NCBI RefSeq assembly: GCF_963921235.1
Contig: NC_086118.1
Location: 14,014,001-14,078,000, forward strand
DNA: 64,000 nucleotides
Reading direction: 5' to 3'
DNA from: Mobula hypostoma
Taxonomy: Eukaryota
The notes beneath the pieces were generated by a model. The model was not told the DNA's origin, did not search any database, and saw only the letters and a program-made list of their open reading frames with translations. Below, piece after piece: positions 11,491 through 24,339 of this stretch. The translations under genes were made by a program, and so were the position numbers. Each line of letters begins with the position of its first letter. The first letter of the stretch is position 1.

Positions 11491-11680
11491 GAAACTTGAA
11501 ACTACTCACGTTTTCCAATGATGATCCCTCAAAGAGAACCAGTGTGTGTTCCCTTGACTTCCCCTTCCTAAAGTCCACGATCAATTCCTTGGTCTCACTG
11601 ACACTGAGTGCAAGGTTGTTGTTGTGACACCACTCAACCAAATGATCTATCTGGCTGCTGTACACCTCCTCATCGTCACT
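11491..11680 (-). mobile_element. Rex1/Babar-type LINE fragment
   Basis: WCHNNNLALSVSETKELIVDFRK...SSFKFL. Confidence 0.85.
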
Positions 11681-12482
11681 CTTCTACACAGGTCTAGATG
11701 AAGTCGGTGATCCACCCATCTTTAGAACAGAAAATCCATGAGATATGAAAGGCATTTCCAGGATACAATCATTTCATCTCCAGAACTCTTCATTGTTATG
11801 AATGGCTGATGTCTTTCATTTTCCCCTGTGAAACTAGTTTTTACAGAATGTCCTCATTTATATAAAGAAAATGCAATCTTTCTCTTTAAAGTGTTTCCAA
11901 TTTGGAAATTACTCAGTGCAAATGTAACACGGTCAGAATGAAAAAATCCATATCAATCAAATTAAATGCTGATCTTAGTAAATCCCATTACCATTCCTCA
12001 TGCAGTTCAATTGAAAATAGCATTTCTTTATTGAAGTGCAGATCTCATTCAGTCAACACTAAAAGATTTTAATGTCACCAGCTAAAACTTTAATGGAGTG
12101 GTGCACTTTATATATGTACTTGATGCTTTAGTTTCTATGCCAGCTTTGTCCTTAATAGATGTCTTCTATATTCACAATATGATTTAGTCTTTTACAGGAA
12201 CCAAAATGTACTCCTGCATGCTATCAATCTGAAAATGTTGTAAACTCCTGTAGAGAAAGTACTTTCCTATTTTGAGCATTTTTATGGCTTCAATATCTAA
12301 TGTTCTCTCTGACATAATCCTGCAACATCAGTCAAAGATACTTGGCAAAGTTATTTTAGAGTCAGGGGTCAGATGTTATTGTTATTATTCAGTGGAATAC
12401 TCAGTACAGGAGAAGCAGAACAGTGAGAAATTATTTTTTATGGAGGAGAAATAAGGACTGGCCAACTTTGAGTCGTGGGCTT

Positions 12483-13010
12483 ACACAGCACAGAAACAGC
12501 AACCAAGGTGCCCATTTAAGTTAGCACCATTTGACCAAATTTCACCCATATCCCTCTAAACCAGGGTTTCCCAACTTTTTATATGCCAGGGACCCTTGCC
12601 ATTAATTGAGGGGTCCATGGGCCTCAGGCTGGGAACTCCTGCCTATACTTTTCCTACCCGTCTGCAAGTGTCTTTAAATATTGTTATTTTACCTACCACA
12701 AATACTTCCTCTAGCAGCTCATTCCATATATGCACCAACCTCTGTGTGAAAATATTTCCCCAAATGTCCCTTTTAAATCTTTCCCCCTCTCACTTTAAAT
12801 CTATGCCCTTTAGCTCTTAATTGCCCAACCCTGGAAAAGAGACTGTGTGCATTCACTCTATCTATGCCCCTCAAGATTTTATACATCTCTATATGGACAT
12901 CTCTCAGACTCTGGTGTTCCAAGGAACAAAGTTCTAGCCTGACCAACTTCTCCCTAGGTCTCAGGCCTTTGATTTCCATCGACATTCTCATAAATCTTCT
13001 TTACAGTTTT
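12483..13010 (-). mobile_element. CR1 (HER1-like) LINE 3' fragment with an ~80-bp hAT MITE inserted at 12562-12641
   Basis: LRDVHIEMYKILRGIDRV...GHRFKV. The insert has CAGGG...CCTG termini. Confidence 0.8.
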
Positions 13011-13118
13011 TCCATATTTGTCTGTTGATCTTGACTCTCTGGCAATTAAATCTGGGAAGTATATAGATCCAGGAGAATTATACAGATTATTTCATGTGAA
13101 ATATGAAGATTATGTACA

Positions 13119-13199
13119 GCAGGGGTTCTTAACCTTTTTTATGCTTTGAACGAATACCATTGAGCAAAGGGTCCATGGACAGCAGGTTGAGAACCCTTG
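13119..13199. mobile_element. ~80-bp hAT-type MITE
   Basis: caggggttcttaacct...aggttgagaacccttg inverted termini. Same family as the copies at 12562 and 15415. Confidence 0.75.
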
Positions 13200-13661
13200 G
13201 TTTAAAGTGTAAGTGTGGCTTTAAGGTTGATGGGATTTCTGTAATCATAAAAAAAAATTTCAAGTGGTTAATTTTTGCGACATTTGATATTCCATTTTAC
13301 AAGTACTTCTTTATCAAGTGTAATAATGTAAACAACTGAGCTTGATACTCACAGTCATGAATCATGTGGACTGCGCAATACTGCATCATGTAAATTCAAG
13401 AGATTCCAATAAATTGGCAATGAGGATGGATACTGAGAGAGTCCACAGTGCTAAGTTCAAACTAGTGAGTGTGTGACTAATGAATGTGTGGCAACACAAG
13501 AAAATTAAAGCATCTGTTGGAGGAATTCAAAAATTATCACTGGAGTCAGTCCATTAAGAGCAAGATGGTTTATTTCACTGCTCAGCCTAGCTAATGCATC
13601 AGGAGAATGACCCAGAATATTTTCTGCACCGGTCTGCCTAATCTACAGAGTTGTGGTAATG

Positions 13662-14855
13662 CAGGGGTCCCCAACCTTTTTTGCATTGCGGACCGGTTTC
13701 ATATTGACAAAATTCTTGCGGACTGGCTGAACCGGGGGGGAGGGGAGGGGGAAGGGGACGTTGCCAACGGACATGAGTAGCAGTCAAATACGTTGTTTAC
13801 CCCGATAAAGACTACAATGACCATGAAGCCTTGCGCGGGCACCAGTGCGCATACGTGTACGTGCCGAGTTACAAATCGTTTTTGGCGATTCTCTTCGGGC
13901 GGGGGGGTGTTAATCACGACTGGAATATCGGTGATAAGCGGCTAATACACTCAACTTCGTTTTTAAAAAGGGTTTATCTAACAAATTTAATATTAAACAC
14001 ACACTGCATATTTTCCTCGCATGAATGTAGTGATAAGTCAATTATCAGGGGAGGACAGGGGAGCTTGAAGTAAGTGTTGAACAAACTTCCAGTAGAAGTG
14101 GTAGAGACAGGTTCGATATTATCATTTAAAGAAATATCGGATAGGTATATGGACAGGAAAGGAATGGAGGGTTATGGGCTGAGTGCAGGTCGGTGGGACT
14201 AGGTGAGGGTAGCGTTTGGCATGGACTAGAAGGGCAGAGATCGCCTGTTTCCATGCTGTATTTGTTATATGGTTATATAAGTCACTTATAAGTCAATAGC
14301 ATCATAACATTTTAAGTAACGTTTGGATATTAAACACACAGCACATATCTTCCCCATATAAACATATAAAATCTTTGCAACACACCAATATCGCTGAATT
14401 AGTGGGAGCCCTGGGCTTGTTTCCCTGCAACGAGATGGTCCTACAGAGGGGTGATGGGAGACAGCGATACTCGAACGGGGTTCCGTATGCCCAGTCTAAT
14501 CCGCAATTTAGTTTTCGTTGCATTCATTGCAGAGATATGTTGGAAATGGATGCAACGTTTTCAGTGCTTTCGTGTCTACCTCAGGATATTCAGCCTTGAC
14601 TTTGATCCAGAATGCCGGCAGAGATGTTATGTCAAACATACTAGTCAGCCCGCCGTCATTTGCAAGCTCGAGGAGTTGATCTTCTTCCCGCACTGACATG
14701 GATGACGGGCGGGTAATGAGCTCGCGTGCGTAATGGCTCAACAGTGGCCGAGACAGGGAATGAGGAAAGGTGCAGCTGACTCATATCACCAAATCATATC
14801 GTTTCCTCACGGCCTGGTAGCACATGCTTTGCGACCCGGTGGTTGGGGACCACTG
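13662..14855 (-). mobile_element. Non-autonomous hAT transposon (Buster/Charlie-type) with a transposase C-terminal remnant
   Basis: TIRs caggggtccccaacc / ggttggggaccactg and a perfect 8-bp TSD tggtaatg (13654-13661, 14856-14863). Dimerization-domain remnant LPAFWIKVKAEYPEV...LHPFPT-YLC...GKQAQGSH. Internal CR1 3' piece at about 14070-14275. Confidence 0.93.
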
Positions 14856-15414
14856 TGGTAATGCATGCCTTTCAGAGTTTAGCATAAGTGATTGATGTTC
14901 CTTCCACACAATGTTATCAGTAGACTAATATACAGCAGTTGCCACCCAAAAGACCATGACAATTCATTGTATTGCAAAATAAGAAGATCACATTATCCCG
15001 TTTGTGCAGCTGCAGCAAAACTAGGCCTTCCTATCTCTACTAGCCTGCCTATTTGTCCTTCTTATAGTCCTGATGATGCCTGACTGTATTATTCCTCTAG
15101 CTGTCCCTCTTACACCTTCAGCAGTGAAGTAAGAGGTTGCAGGTAAATGTGATTCAAGAAAGGACTGAAAACAGAACAAATGGGGAACTGGACTGTGATA
15201 ACAGCACAACTGGAAATCCATCAAATATGACAAAGCATAAACATAGCTTGGTATCATAGCTTGGTAACATAGCTTGAATGACAGCATATGATCTTCAAAG
15301 CGAACAATACTCTAGCAGTAATGGATGAATTGCTGCAGAGCTTTAAGTACAAGAAGGAACTTACAGTGCTTTCTTGCACTTTATAGTAATGGAAATGGGC
15401 TTGACCATCTAGAC

Positions 15415-15494
15415 CAGGCGTTCCCAACCTGGGGTCCACAGATTCCTTGGTTAATGGTAAGGCTCCATGGCATAAAAGAGGTTGGGAACCCCTG
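15415..15494. mobile_element. 80-bp hAT-type MITE
   Basis: caggcgttcccaacct / aggttgggaacccctg TIRs with 8-bp TSD atctagac/atctagat. Confidence 0.88.
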
Positions 15495-15774
15495 ATCTAG
15501 ATGACAGTAGCTAATTTATTGTCATCAGCCAAAACAAATGATGCCCCAATTCATGAGATGCTTCAGATATCGAAGGCTTACTTTTCGCCTGGTATTATCA
15601 TAATTATTTTAAAACTGAGAGGTTTGTGCATATAATTTGATGCTAGAGATGACAATCAGCAGTTACATAATGATTTTGAAATCCAGCAAGGAGTCTTCCC
15701 AACACTTCTGATCAAACTGAGGAACAGGTTGAAGTGTCAGCTCACTGAACATTCCCTTAAGTGCAGTTTTTATA

Positions 15775-16130
15775 TCATAGTCAGACTCAGGTTTATTATG
15801 ACAGGTGTGTTATAAAATGCATTATTTTGTGGCAGCAGTACCATGCCAGCTATGAAAATTACTTTAGGGTACAGAAATAAATAGAGCAAAAGAAGAATAA
15901 TGAGGAAGTGTTCACAGACTGTTCAGAAATCTGATGGTGGAGAAGAACAAGCTTTTCCTAAAATATTGAGTGTGCAATCTTCATACTCCTATACCTGCTT
16001 CAGAATGATAGTACAGTAATGAGAAAAGGGGATGATCTAGATGATGGATATCACCTTCTCATGAAGATCTCCTTGACGGTGAGGAGCATTGTGCCTGAGA
16101 TGGAACTGCCTGAGTCTGCAACTATCTGCA
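15775..16130 (-). mobile_element. Old Rex1/Babar-type LINE 3' fragment
   Basis: Similar to the 3' region at 9790-10080 (ttcagaaatctgatgg...). Confidence 0.6.
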
Positions 16131-17409
16131 CCAGAATTCACCTTCACTAAAGCATGGTGACTTTTGAGGTGGGGACGGTGCTGCTAAATGCAAGGGAGCC
16201 ATTGTTATTGAACACAGAAGACTATAAGTAAGGGATCAATTACATGTTCTCCATTGGGACCTTCTTGTGTGAACATAGAGTGGCTTTGCCAGGAAACAAA
16301 CAACTGCATGGGCCAGGAGTATAGAGAAGCCTTGCTATTGTTATCAGAGAAATCTGTCACAGAGGAGGTTACAACCGCATGATGTCATGCATGGATACAA
16401 AGAGGACTGTGTGACAACCGGTGTGATATTCAGGTGGTGAGAGATTGCAGACATCTGGTATCTCAATGTGTAATTGACAAAAAGCTCAAGTGCATGTACT
16501 GTCAGTTATCAGGAAATATAATGGTGTTATTTTTGTTGTAAGGGTGATCAGATAGAAATATAGTTAGGCAATGCTTAACTGCTTTCTTCACCTGAGATAG
16601 TCCTTCAGGACTGGGGATGACTTACTTCCTCTCTGGTTCTGTCGATTATGAGGTAGTTGATCAGGCAATGTGTGAACCACTGACTCATCCACAGTTGCAG
16701 CAGGAGGTGGCTGGTGGAGTGGTAGGTCATGGGCGGTTAGGTAGTTTATGAAGTGGTTCTCTTCTTCCACCACTCACGATGCTCTGTTTGTTCCTTATAG
16801 GTGAACTCTAAATGCTCACTGACAACACGCTGGAGGAACTCAGCAGGTGGGGCAGCATCCGTGGAAACGATGAGTCTAAATGGTAAATGCTAAACTCTAA
16901 ATGCTCCCTCTCCATGGAACCATCGTGGGCCAGAAATCCCAGGTACCATTTGGAATGCTGCATTTCTTCAAAGAGCATCCTTGAATATATTTTGTCTATT
17001 AATTTGTCAGAGCTCGGAATACTGTATGTTGGTTAAAGATAGAAGGACCAGGCATTCCTGTCTAAGTGTTACTCAAGAAGAGGAGGCAATACATATTAAA
17101 GGTTGGATGCAGAACACAAGAGCTGCGATGACGTACCCTAGGAAAAGCGACCTCTCAGCATCCAGAATATATGTGCTGGTATTACCAACTGCACATAATG
17201 TTAAGAAAGTCTGAAAAAAATCTGAAAAAAGCTGTGTGCACTTAAACATATGGTATAAATAGGTACTTTTCTGGACATGTCACACAGGCTTATACAGATA
17301 TTTTGTACACTGTGTGTTTGACCTATATTTTTAAAGGGGAGAGGTGTGGCATATGTATATTAGTGTAAGATGCAAATGCTATTTTCTGGTTGGTGTAGGT
17401 CATCGTTAA

Positions 17410-17735
17410 CTTATGAAGCTGTACCACAGGGTCAGAGAAGTACAAAACGAGGGGGGATGAAGATTAAGGGTGAGAGGGGAAAGATTTAAAAGGAATCCGA
17501 GGGGCAACTTTTTCACACAGAGGGTAATGAGAATATGGAAGGAGCTGCCAGAAGAAGTGGTTGATTCAGATTCGATAGTATAATTTGAGAAGAACTTGGC
17601 TAGGGACACACAGGAATTGGGAGCTTCGACATTGGGGGCCAAACACAAGAAGTTGGGGCTGGCTGGCTGGCTGGGTCCTGTTGGTCAGTATGGACTCACT
17701 GTGCTGAAAGACCTGTATCCATGCTGTATTACTCC
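17410..17735 (+). mobile_element. CR1 LINE 3' fragment
   Basis: Typical CR1 3' end: ...ggggcaactttttcacacagagggta...gctgccagaagaagtgg. Confidence 0.75.
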
Positions 17736-17738
17736 ATT

Positions 17739-18000
17739 GGTTTATCTGCCTTAGTCGACGTAGTAGTAGTGGTTTATCTGTCTTGCCTAGGCCTGAGTCG
17801 ACGTAGTAGTAGTGGTTTATCTGGGTTGCCAAGGCCTGAGTCGACATAGTAGTAGTGGTTTATCTGGGTTGCCTAGGCCTGAGTCAACATAGTAGTAGTG
17901 GTTTATCTGGGTTGCCTAGGCCTGAGTCGACATAGTAGTAGTGGTTTATCCGGGTTGCCTAGGCCTGAGTCGACATAGTAGTAGTGGTTTATCCGGGTTG
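17739..18000 (+). repeat. Minisatellite, 43-bp unit, about 6 copies
   Basis: Unit ggtttatctgggttgcctaggcctgagtcgacatagtagtagt starts at 17771, 17814, 17857, 17900 and 17943. A shorter first copy and a partial last copy flank these. Confidence 0.95.
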
Positions 18001-18364
18001 AGGGGTCCAGATGAAGGGCAGCAACACAAAAATCGACTCACAAACAAAAGCAATTCTGCAGATGCTGGAAACTCAAAACTCAAAATGCCTGCTAAGTTCC
18101 TCCAGCATTTTGTGTATTGACAAAAATCAACTGTCTGTTTCCCTTACAGATGCTGTCTGACCCACTGAGTCTATCCAGCAGTTTGATTTGCTCCATATTT
18201 CAGCATTGCAGTCTTTGTGTCTGTAAAGCATTCCAAGTATAACCTCAGCAGCACCCTGTACAACTGTTTAAAAAAAAACTTGCTATTCTTAAACTCCAAC
18301 TCTTTCATAATAAAGGCCGTATTGTATTTGTTACTTTCTGGAACTGCCTGCCTTTCATGATGCA

Positions 18365-18528
18365 TGCTCTGGTTTCCTCCCACAGTCCAAAGACATACCG
18401 GTTGGTAGGGTAATTGGTCATTGAAAGTCGTACCGTGATTAGGCTAGGAGTATATCGGGGGACTGCTGGGAGGCGTGGCTTGAAGGACCAGAAGGGCCTA
18501 TTCTGCACTGTATCTCAATAAATAAATA
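18365..18528 (+). mobile_element. HE1/V-type SINE fragment
   Basis: Core gctctggtttcctcccacagtccaaagac...taattggtcattg and tail gaagggcctattctgcactgtatctc(aata)n. Confidence 0.75.
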
Positions 18529-18864
18529 AGGTCTTGCTCTTGGTGCCATACCCAATCATTCACTTGTGTTTGACTTGGATATCAACTAGTTATTTTCCTC
18601 AGGACTCACAAGAATTTTTCTTAATCAGTCTGCTGCCACATTTTCTGCAGCTTCCTCATGTTCTGCAATAATACCCCTTTCAGAACAATTTGGAAGCCAT
18701 GACCAATAGCTACTCCACTTCCCTCTCTTTTAAAGTAATTGCCTTGTCCAAATTTGGAGTGAATTTCATTGGAGTCCTACTCAGTTTCTTGAAGGACAGT
18801 GAAAACAAGTGATCATGAGTTTCTCTCCTATCCTATGCTACTAAATTTCAGCCCTTGGATTCTT

Positions 18865-19210
18865 TAGAACATAGAACATAGAACAGTACAGCACAGTACA
18901 GGCCCTTCGGCCCACAATGTTGTGCCGACCCTTAAACCCTGCCTCCCATATAACCCCCCACCTTAAATTCCTCCATATACCTGTCCAGTAGTCTCTTAAA
19001 TTTCACTAGTGTATCTGCCTCCACCACTGACTCAGGCAGTGCATTCCACGCACCAACCACTCTTTGAGTAAAAAAGCCATCCTCTAATATCCTCCTTGAA
19101 CTTCCCACCCTTTACCTTAAAGCCATGTCCTCTTATATTGAGCAGTGGTGCCCTGGGGAAGAGGCACTGGCTATCCACTCTATCTATTCCTCTTACTATC
19201 TTGTATACCT
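18865..19210 (-). mobile_element. CR1 (HER1-like) LINE 3' end
   Basis: (agaacat)n tail. Near-identical in reverse to 37540-37880. Confidence 0.9.
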
Positions 19211-19429
19211 ATATCTTAATATCTTGACGCTGCAAAAAAAATCTAGTTTTGTATTCATACATTGCAGTTTTCCATTATCATTTCAAATAATTTTGCATTC
19301 TTTTCAAATGCTGATCCTTCGGGCCAAAACATCTTCAATTTCTATATTCATTGTAGATCTTGTTTTTGGAATTTTTATCTTCTTTGCTGCTTCCTTTAGA
19401 GTTTCCTCAGTCATTGTTTACAAGAGTGT

Positions 19430-19776
19430 ATACACAGGAGTGGAACCCAATGTGGTCTTCTGCTGCTGTTGCTCATCTACTTCAAGGTCTAACGTGTTGT
19501 GCATTCGTAAATGCTCTTCTGCACACCACTGTTGTAACACAGGATTACTTGAGTTGCTGTCAGCTTGAACCAGTCTGACCATTTTCCTCTGAGCTCTCTC
19601 ATTAACAGAACTGCTGCTCACTGGATATTCTTTGTGCAGCATTCTCAGCCATGTGTGAAAATCCCAGGAGATCAGTTTCTGAGATACACAAGTGAGTAGC
19701 TGGTGAGCTATTTGCATTAACAAGCAGGTGTACAGGAGAACAGGTGTGCCTAATAAAGTGGCTGGCCATTGAGTGT
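19430..19776 (-). mobile_element. Tc1-family DNA transposon remnant (5' TIR plus transposase N-terminal fragment)
   Basis: TIR-like cactcaatggcc...actttattaggcacacc with a terminal TA. Minus strand encodes ISETDLLGFSH...QRKMVRLVQAD...SSRRPHWVPLL, typical of the Tc1 HTH region. Confidence 0.75.
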
Positions 19777-19779
19777 AGG

Positions 19780-20050
19780 CAGGGTACAGAGGTGAACTGG
19801 GAAATGGTAGATGGAGTTCATTCTGGAAAAGTGGGAAGTGATATACTTATGAAAGTCAAACTTGAAGGTGGAGTACAAAGTTAATGGCAGGATTCCTAGC
19901 TGTATGGAGGAACAAAGCGACATTGGCATCCAAGTCCATAGATCTCTCAGTTAAGATGGTCTGAAGAAGGGTCTTGGCCCAAAACAATGATAATCTATTA
20001 ATTTCCATTGATACAACCAGGCCTACTGAGTTCCTCCAGCAGCTTGTGAA
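19780..20050 (+). mobile_element. CR1 fragment followed by a degenerate Penelope-terminus piece (hammerhead remnant about 19958-19990)
   Basis: MEFILEKWEVIY-type CR1 segment, then gtCTGAAGAagggtcttggcccAAAAC...gagttcctccagc. Confidence 0.6.
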
Positions 20051-20699
20051 TGTTACTCAAAGGGAACATTGTCACATTTTTATCCTCCACTGAGAAAGTC
20101 CGCTCTCAGTTCTCCTGTCAATTTGCTCACCATGGCTCAGCCTCTTTGGTCTTCTCAATGGATCAGAACTGGATAATTGACATTGTTCCTCAGTATTTGA
20201 TTCATAATGGATTTTCAAGAGCACTCTGAGGAGATATTTCCATAGCATTATATGTCAAGTTGTTTATTACATGAGTATTGAACTACTGCCACATTGGAAC
20301 CCAGCTTGCATCAAATAGACTTTTGTTTTTGGTGAAGTCAAAACTGGTGAACCAATCTTCAGTCTTACTTTCTGTCTTAACAGTACTTCTGCCACATTTA
20401 TGCTTTCAATTTCAGTACATGAAACATTTACATTCCTAAACTGAGAGAAATTTGAACACTAATAAAATAGTGAATAATTTATTTGTATTTACCCACATTT
20501 TTTAGTATGGAATGTTCTGTAATTACTTCATCTGTTGTAAATTGTATTGCAATCCTTGCTGGTGTATTTTCAGATTTGACCGCACAGCAAATGATTCCTT
20601 TGTATCCTAATGCTTCTTTCCAGTCTTTGCTTGGTCTCAAAGTCAGCAGAACCAAACTTCTTCCCAGGTCCAATTTCAACATTAAGAATTTATGAAACA

Positions 20700-20885
20700 C
20701 TGGCGCAGCAATTCACAGTGCGGCCTCACACCTCCAGAGAACTGGGTTTGATCTGATCTCTGGTGTTGTCAGTGTGAGATTTCCGTGTCCCTATGTAATC
20801 AGGTGGATTTCCTCACGCAGCTCTTGTTTCCTCCCACATACCAAAATTGTGCTGCTTGCTGGATTAATTGCCTGTTGTAAACTAT
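20700..20885 (+). mobile_element. Degenerate HE1/V-type SINE
   Basis: tRNA-like head (gcctcacacctccagagaactgggttt) and core tttcctcccacataccaaa. Confidence 0.6.
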
Positions 20886-21189
20886 TCAAACTTGTACATC
20901 TTTTCAAATGTGTGCCTGTGAGAGCTTAGGATAATATACTCATTGGCAAGACTGTGCATGAATGGATCCCATAACACATGGTCTTGAAATATATCATTAC
21001 TTTGGCACAACAAATGGATCATAAATTTGCAAATTTAAAAAAAAGAGTTCAACAATGGATTAAAATGGCTGCTTAAAATTGCAACAACAAAGCTGTGTGG
21101 TTCTGAAAGGTCAATTAATATTGTATAAAGCAAAACCAAGCAACATAAATTTCAACAAGATTTCACTCCCAGATAGGTCAATGCCTTTT

Positions 21190-22640
21190 ATGCTTGCTTT
21201 GACAGACGGAACATGGAGGTAACATCATGAAGCCCCCACAATCCCCCCGAGATTACAGTCTCTGGGGCGGATGTGAGAGCATACTTGGCCTAAATGACAT
21301 ACCTCGCTGCAAACTCAAGACCTATTCTAATCAACTTGGAGTCATGCACATCTTCAGCCTCTTGCCTCAGCTCCAATCAGGCTTCAATCATACTGGTACC
21401 AAGAAAAACATGGTGACCTGCCTCAATGAGTATCATCCAGTAGCATTTACATCCACGGCGATGAAATGCTTTGAAAGGCTGGTCATGAAGCATATCACCT
21501 CCTGCTTGAATAGTGACCTGAATTCACTCCAATTTGTCTACCTTCACAACAGGTCAACAGCAAATGCCATTTCATTAACTTCTTACTCAGCTCCAGAACA
21601 CCTGGACAATGAAGGTGCATACATCAGGATGCCCTTCATTGACTAAGGTTCAGCATTCAATACCCTCAAAACTCTTCACTTAGCTCCAAGACCTGGGCCT
21701 CAATAACTCCCAATGCAACTGGATCCATAATTTCCTCACTTGTAGACCCCAGTCAGTTCAGATTGACAATAACATCTCCTCCACAATCACCATTAGTGCA
21801 GGTGCACTATATGGTTGTGTGCTTAGCCCCCTGCTTTATGCCTATAATTTTGTGGCAAAGTACAGCTATAATGCCATATTTAGGTTTGCTGATGACACCA
21901 CCGTTGCCGACCAAATTGAAGGCAATGACAATTCGGTATAAAGGAAAGAGACTGAATATCTGTTTGAATGGTGAGACACCAACTTCTCACTCAACGTCAG
22001 CAAGACCAAAGATCTGATTATCAACTACATGAGGAAGAAGCTGGAGGTCCACGAGCTAGCCCTCAACAGGGGTCAGAAGTGGAGAGGGTCAGTAAATTTA
22101 TAGTCCTTGATGTTATCATAACAAAGGACCTGTCCTGGGATCAGCACATAAGTGCTAGCATAAAGAAGGCATGACAACACCTCCACTTTCTTAAAATTTT
22201 GCATGGATTCAGCAAGTCACTATTAACTTTTACAAATTTTTGTAGATACACACTAGAGAGAATCCGGACTGGATGCTTCACTGCCTGGTATTGAAACACC
22301 ATTGCCCAGGAATGGAAAGAAGTGGACACAGTGCAGTTCATCATTGAGAAAGCCTGCCCCTCCACTGAGCACATATGTATGAAGTGTTGCTATTAGGACC
22401 CTCCTCCCATCCAGGTGGATAGTTTTATCCACCTCAACTCTGAACTGATTCTGCAACCTATCGTCTCCCAAGTTCTCAGTAATTTTTTAATTATTTGCAC
22501 AAATTGTCTTCTTTTGCACATTTGTTGTTGGACATTCTTTGTTTATGTATAGATTTTTTGTAAACACCTGCAAGAAAATGAATCTTGAGTTAGTATATAG
22601 TAACATAAATGTACTTTGATAATGAACTTTAATTTGACTT
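21190..22640 (+). mobile_element. Degenerate Rex1/Babar-type LINE
   Basis: CLNEYHPVAFTSTAMKCFERLV...NRSTANAI...IRMPFID, FADDT, and a (tttaat/tttgac) tail. Confidence 0.88.
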
Positions 22641-24339
22641 CATGTACCCAGTCTCAATTTGTCTCCTTGTGATTTCATTTCTACTTGCCACCAACTCTCT
22701 ATTGAAATAACAGTTCTATGTTTTCCAGGTAGGAAGGGAATGTGTCCTGTATTTTTGTGTACCAGTTTATGAAGGCAGTCGTTATACACAGTGCCACATC
22801 ATGTACTCTTTGCATGTTTCTGCAAATTCAAGACTGTTTAATGTCTTTTCCTGTACACAAGTGTAAGGAGAACAAAATAATTGTTTTTCTGGATCTGATG
22901 CAGCTCAAAAAAAACCCACCAAAGTTAAAAAACACAATAGTAATACTAAAAAAACACAATATATATACATAAGGTAGCTGATATGCATAGATTGATTGTA
23001 TATCCATAAAGTGAAGTGAGGCAGTATATAAGATGACTGGTGGGGAAATAATAAAAGTAGTGGTGAAGTTAGCGGGTGAGGGTATTAATCAGTCTTACTG
23101 CCTGGGAAAAGTAACTCTTTTTGAGTCTGGTGTGAGTGGGGGTGGTACTTACCTACAATACTATTAAATTTATCCAGCCTGACTTAACAGAGTCCAAACT
23201 TTTTGTAGCCTCATATCCCCTTCACTAGAGTAGTTTCTCAATTCATTATGTGACCATGGGGTTGAGGAGTTGAACGAAGTCATGTAGATTTTAGTAGGTA
23301 CAGGAAGCTTTATGTGCTTACTCCAGGGAGTTGTCCAGGATGGTTCCATTGGCTTTTGTAATCCAAAAAGATCTGAGTTGAGGGACATTGGGCAATTGTT
23401 GCCTTCTTATGGCCAATACTATAGACTCCAGACTTTGGGATATATGTTGTAGAAATGTAAGCCGGGTACAAGCCTTTAAATTGTATTTGCTTATGTACTA
23501 AAGATCAGTAAGGAAATGTAATGCCCTTAACTCAGACCCTTCCTCAATCTCTTAGTAAAAGTCGATGGACTATTTAAGAAAGGCAACATAATCTTTATTT
23601 TTGAAATGCTTTGTGTTCTTTTCTCGACGAGTATGTAAACATTTGTCTTGTTCCCATTGGGGAAGAGATCCCGTATAAGTTCAAACCAACTCAAATGTAA
23701 GAGGCATTAATTACACTGACGCAGACCATGAGTTTGTTTTTCTATCCTTGCTCTTGAATTGCCAAGCGGTAAATGTTGCTTGACTGGATATGGAGGATTT
23801 ATGGGGCTTTAAATCTATAATTGGCCTAATGCCACGCAAATTGCGGATGAAAATTCTTAAAATTAGCCTCAGAATTTTCTACAGGAATTCTGTAGAAGAC
23901 ATCCATTAAAAAGCAGTGTGTGACACAGAGTGTAGTAATGGATGACAGCCAAGAGCAAGATGGAAAATATCCATTGTGCGGGTTCCTTTTATGGTTGTTT
24001 CTTGCGCCTAGAAGATATATTTCATTCGGAGCTTTGGTTTTAACCACAAGGCATCTGAAATTTTAGGTTACTTCAAACTTCAGACACCAATTCCAGTAAC
24101 ATATTTTCATCTATTTTACATGTATTTCAAGCACTCTCACCAGAGCTTTTACTCTTTATTTGGAACTCATTATATTTATCCGGTAATCAAATGTTTAATG
24201 CTGTAATTGAAAGGGTTGCTTTTTTTTTAACGATACTACTAATGAGATACTGCAAAAGAAAAGAAATTTAACAATCAGCTGGAGAATTTAATGATAGCAA
24301 ATTGGATGACAGCAAATTTGACGACAGCAAAATTCGGTT

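Noticed and set aside
17739..18000. CRISPR-like array
   Set aside because: Head-to-tail units with no unique spacers, no cas genes, and a eukaryotic context.
20479..20700. Overlapping ORFs on both strands in unique DNA
   Set aside because: No homology recognised and no convincing paired splice sites. The length is compatible with chance.
23130..23800. Possible L1/Tx1 C-terminal remnant on the minus strand
   Set aside because: Only vague similarity, with no diagnostic motif I can point to.
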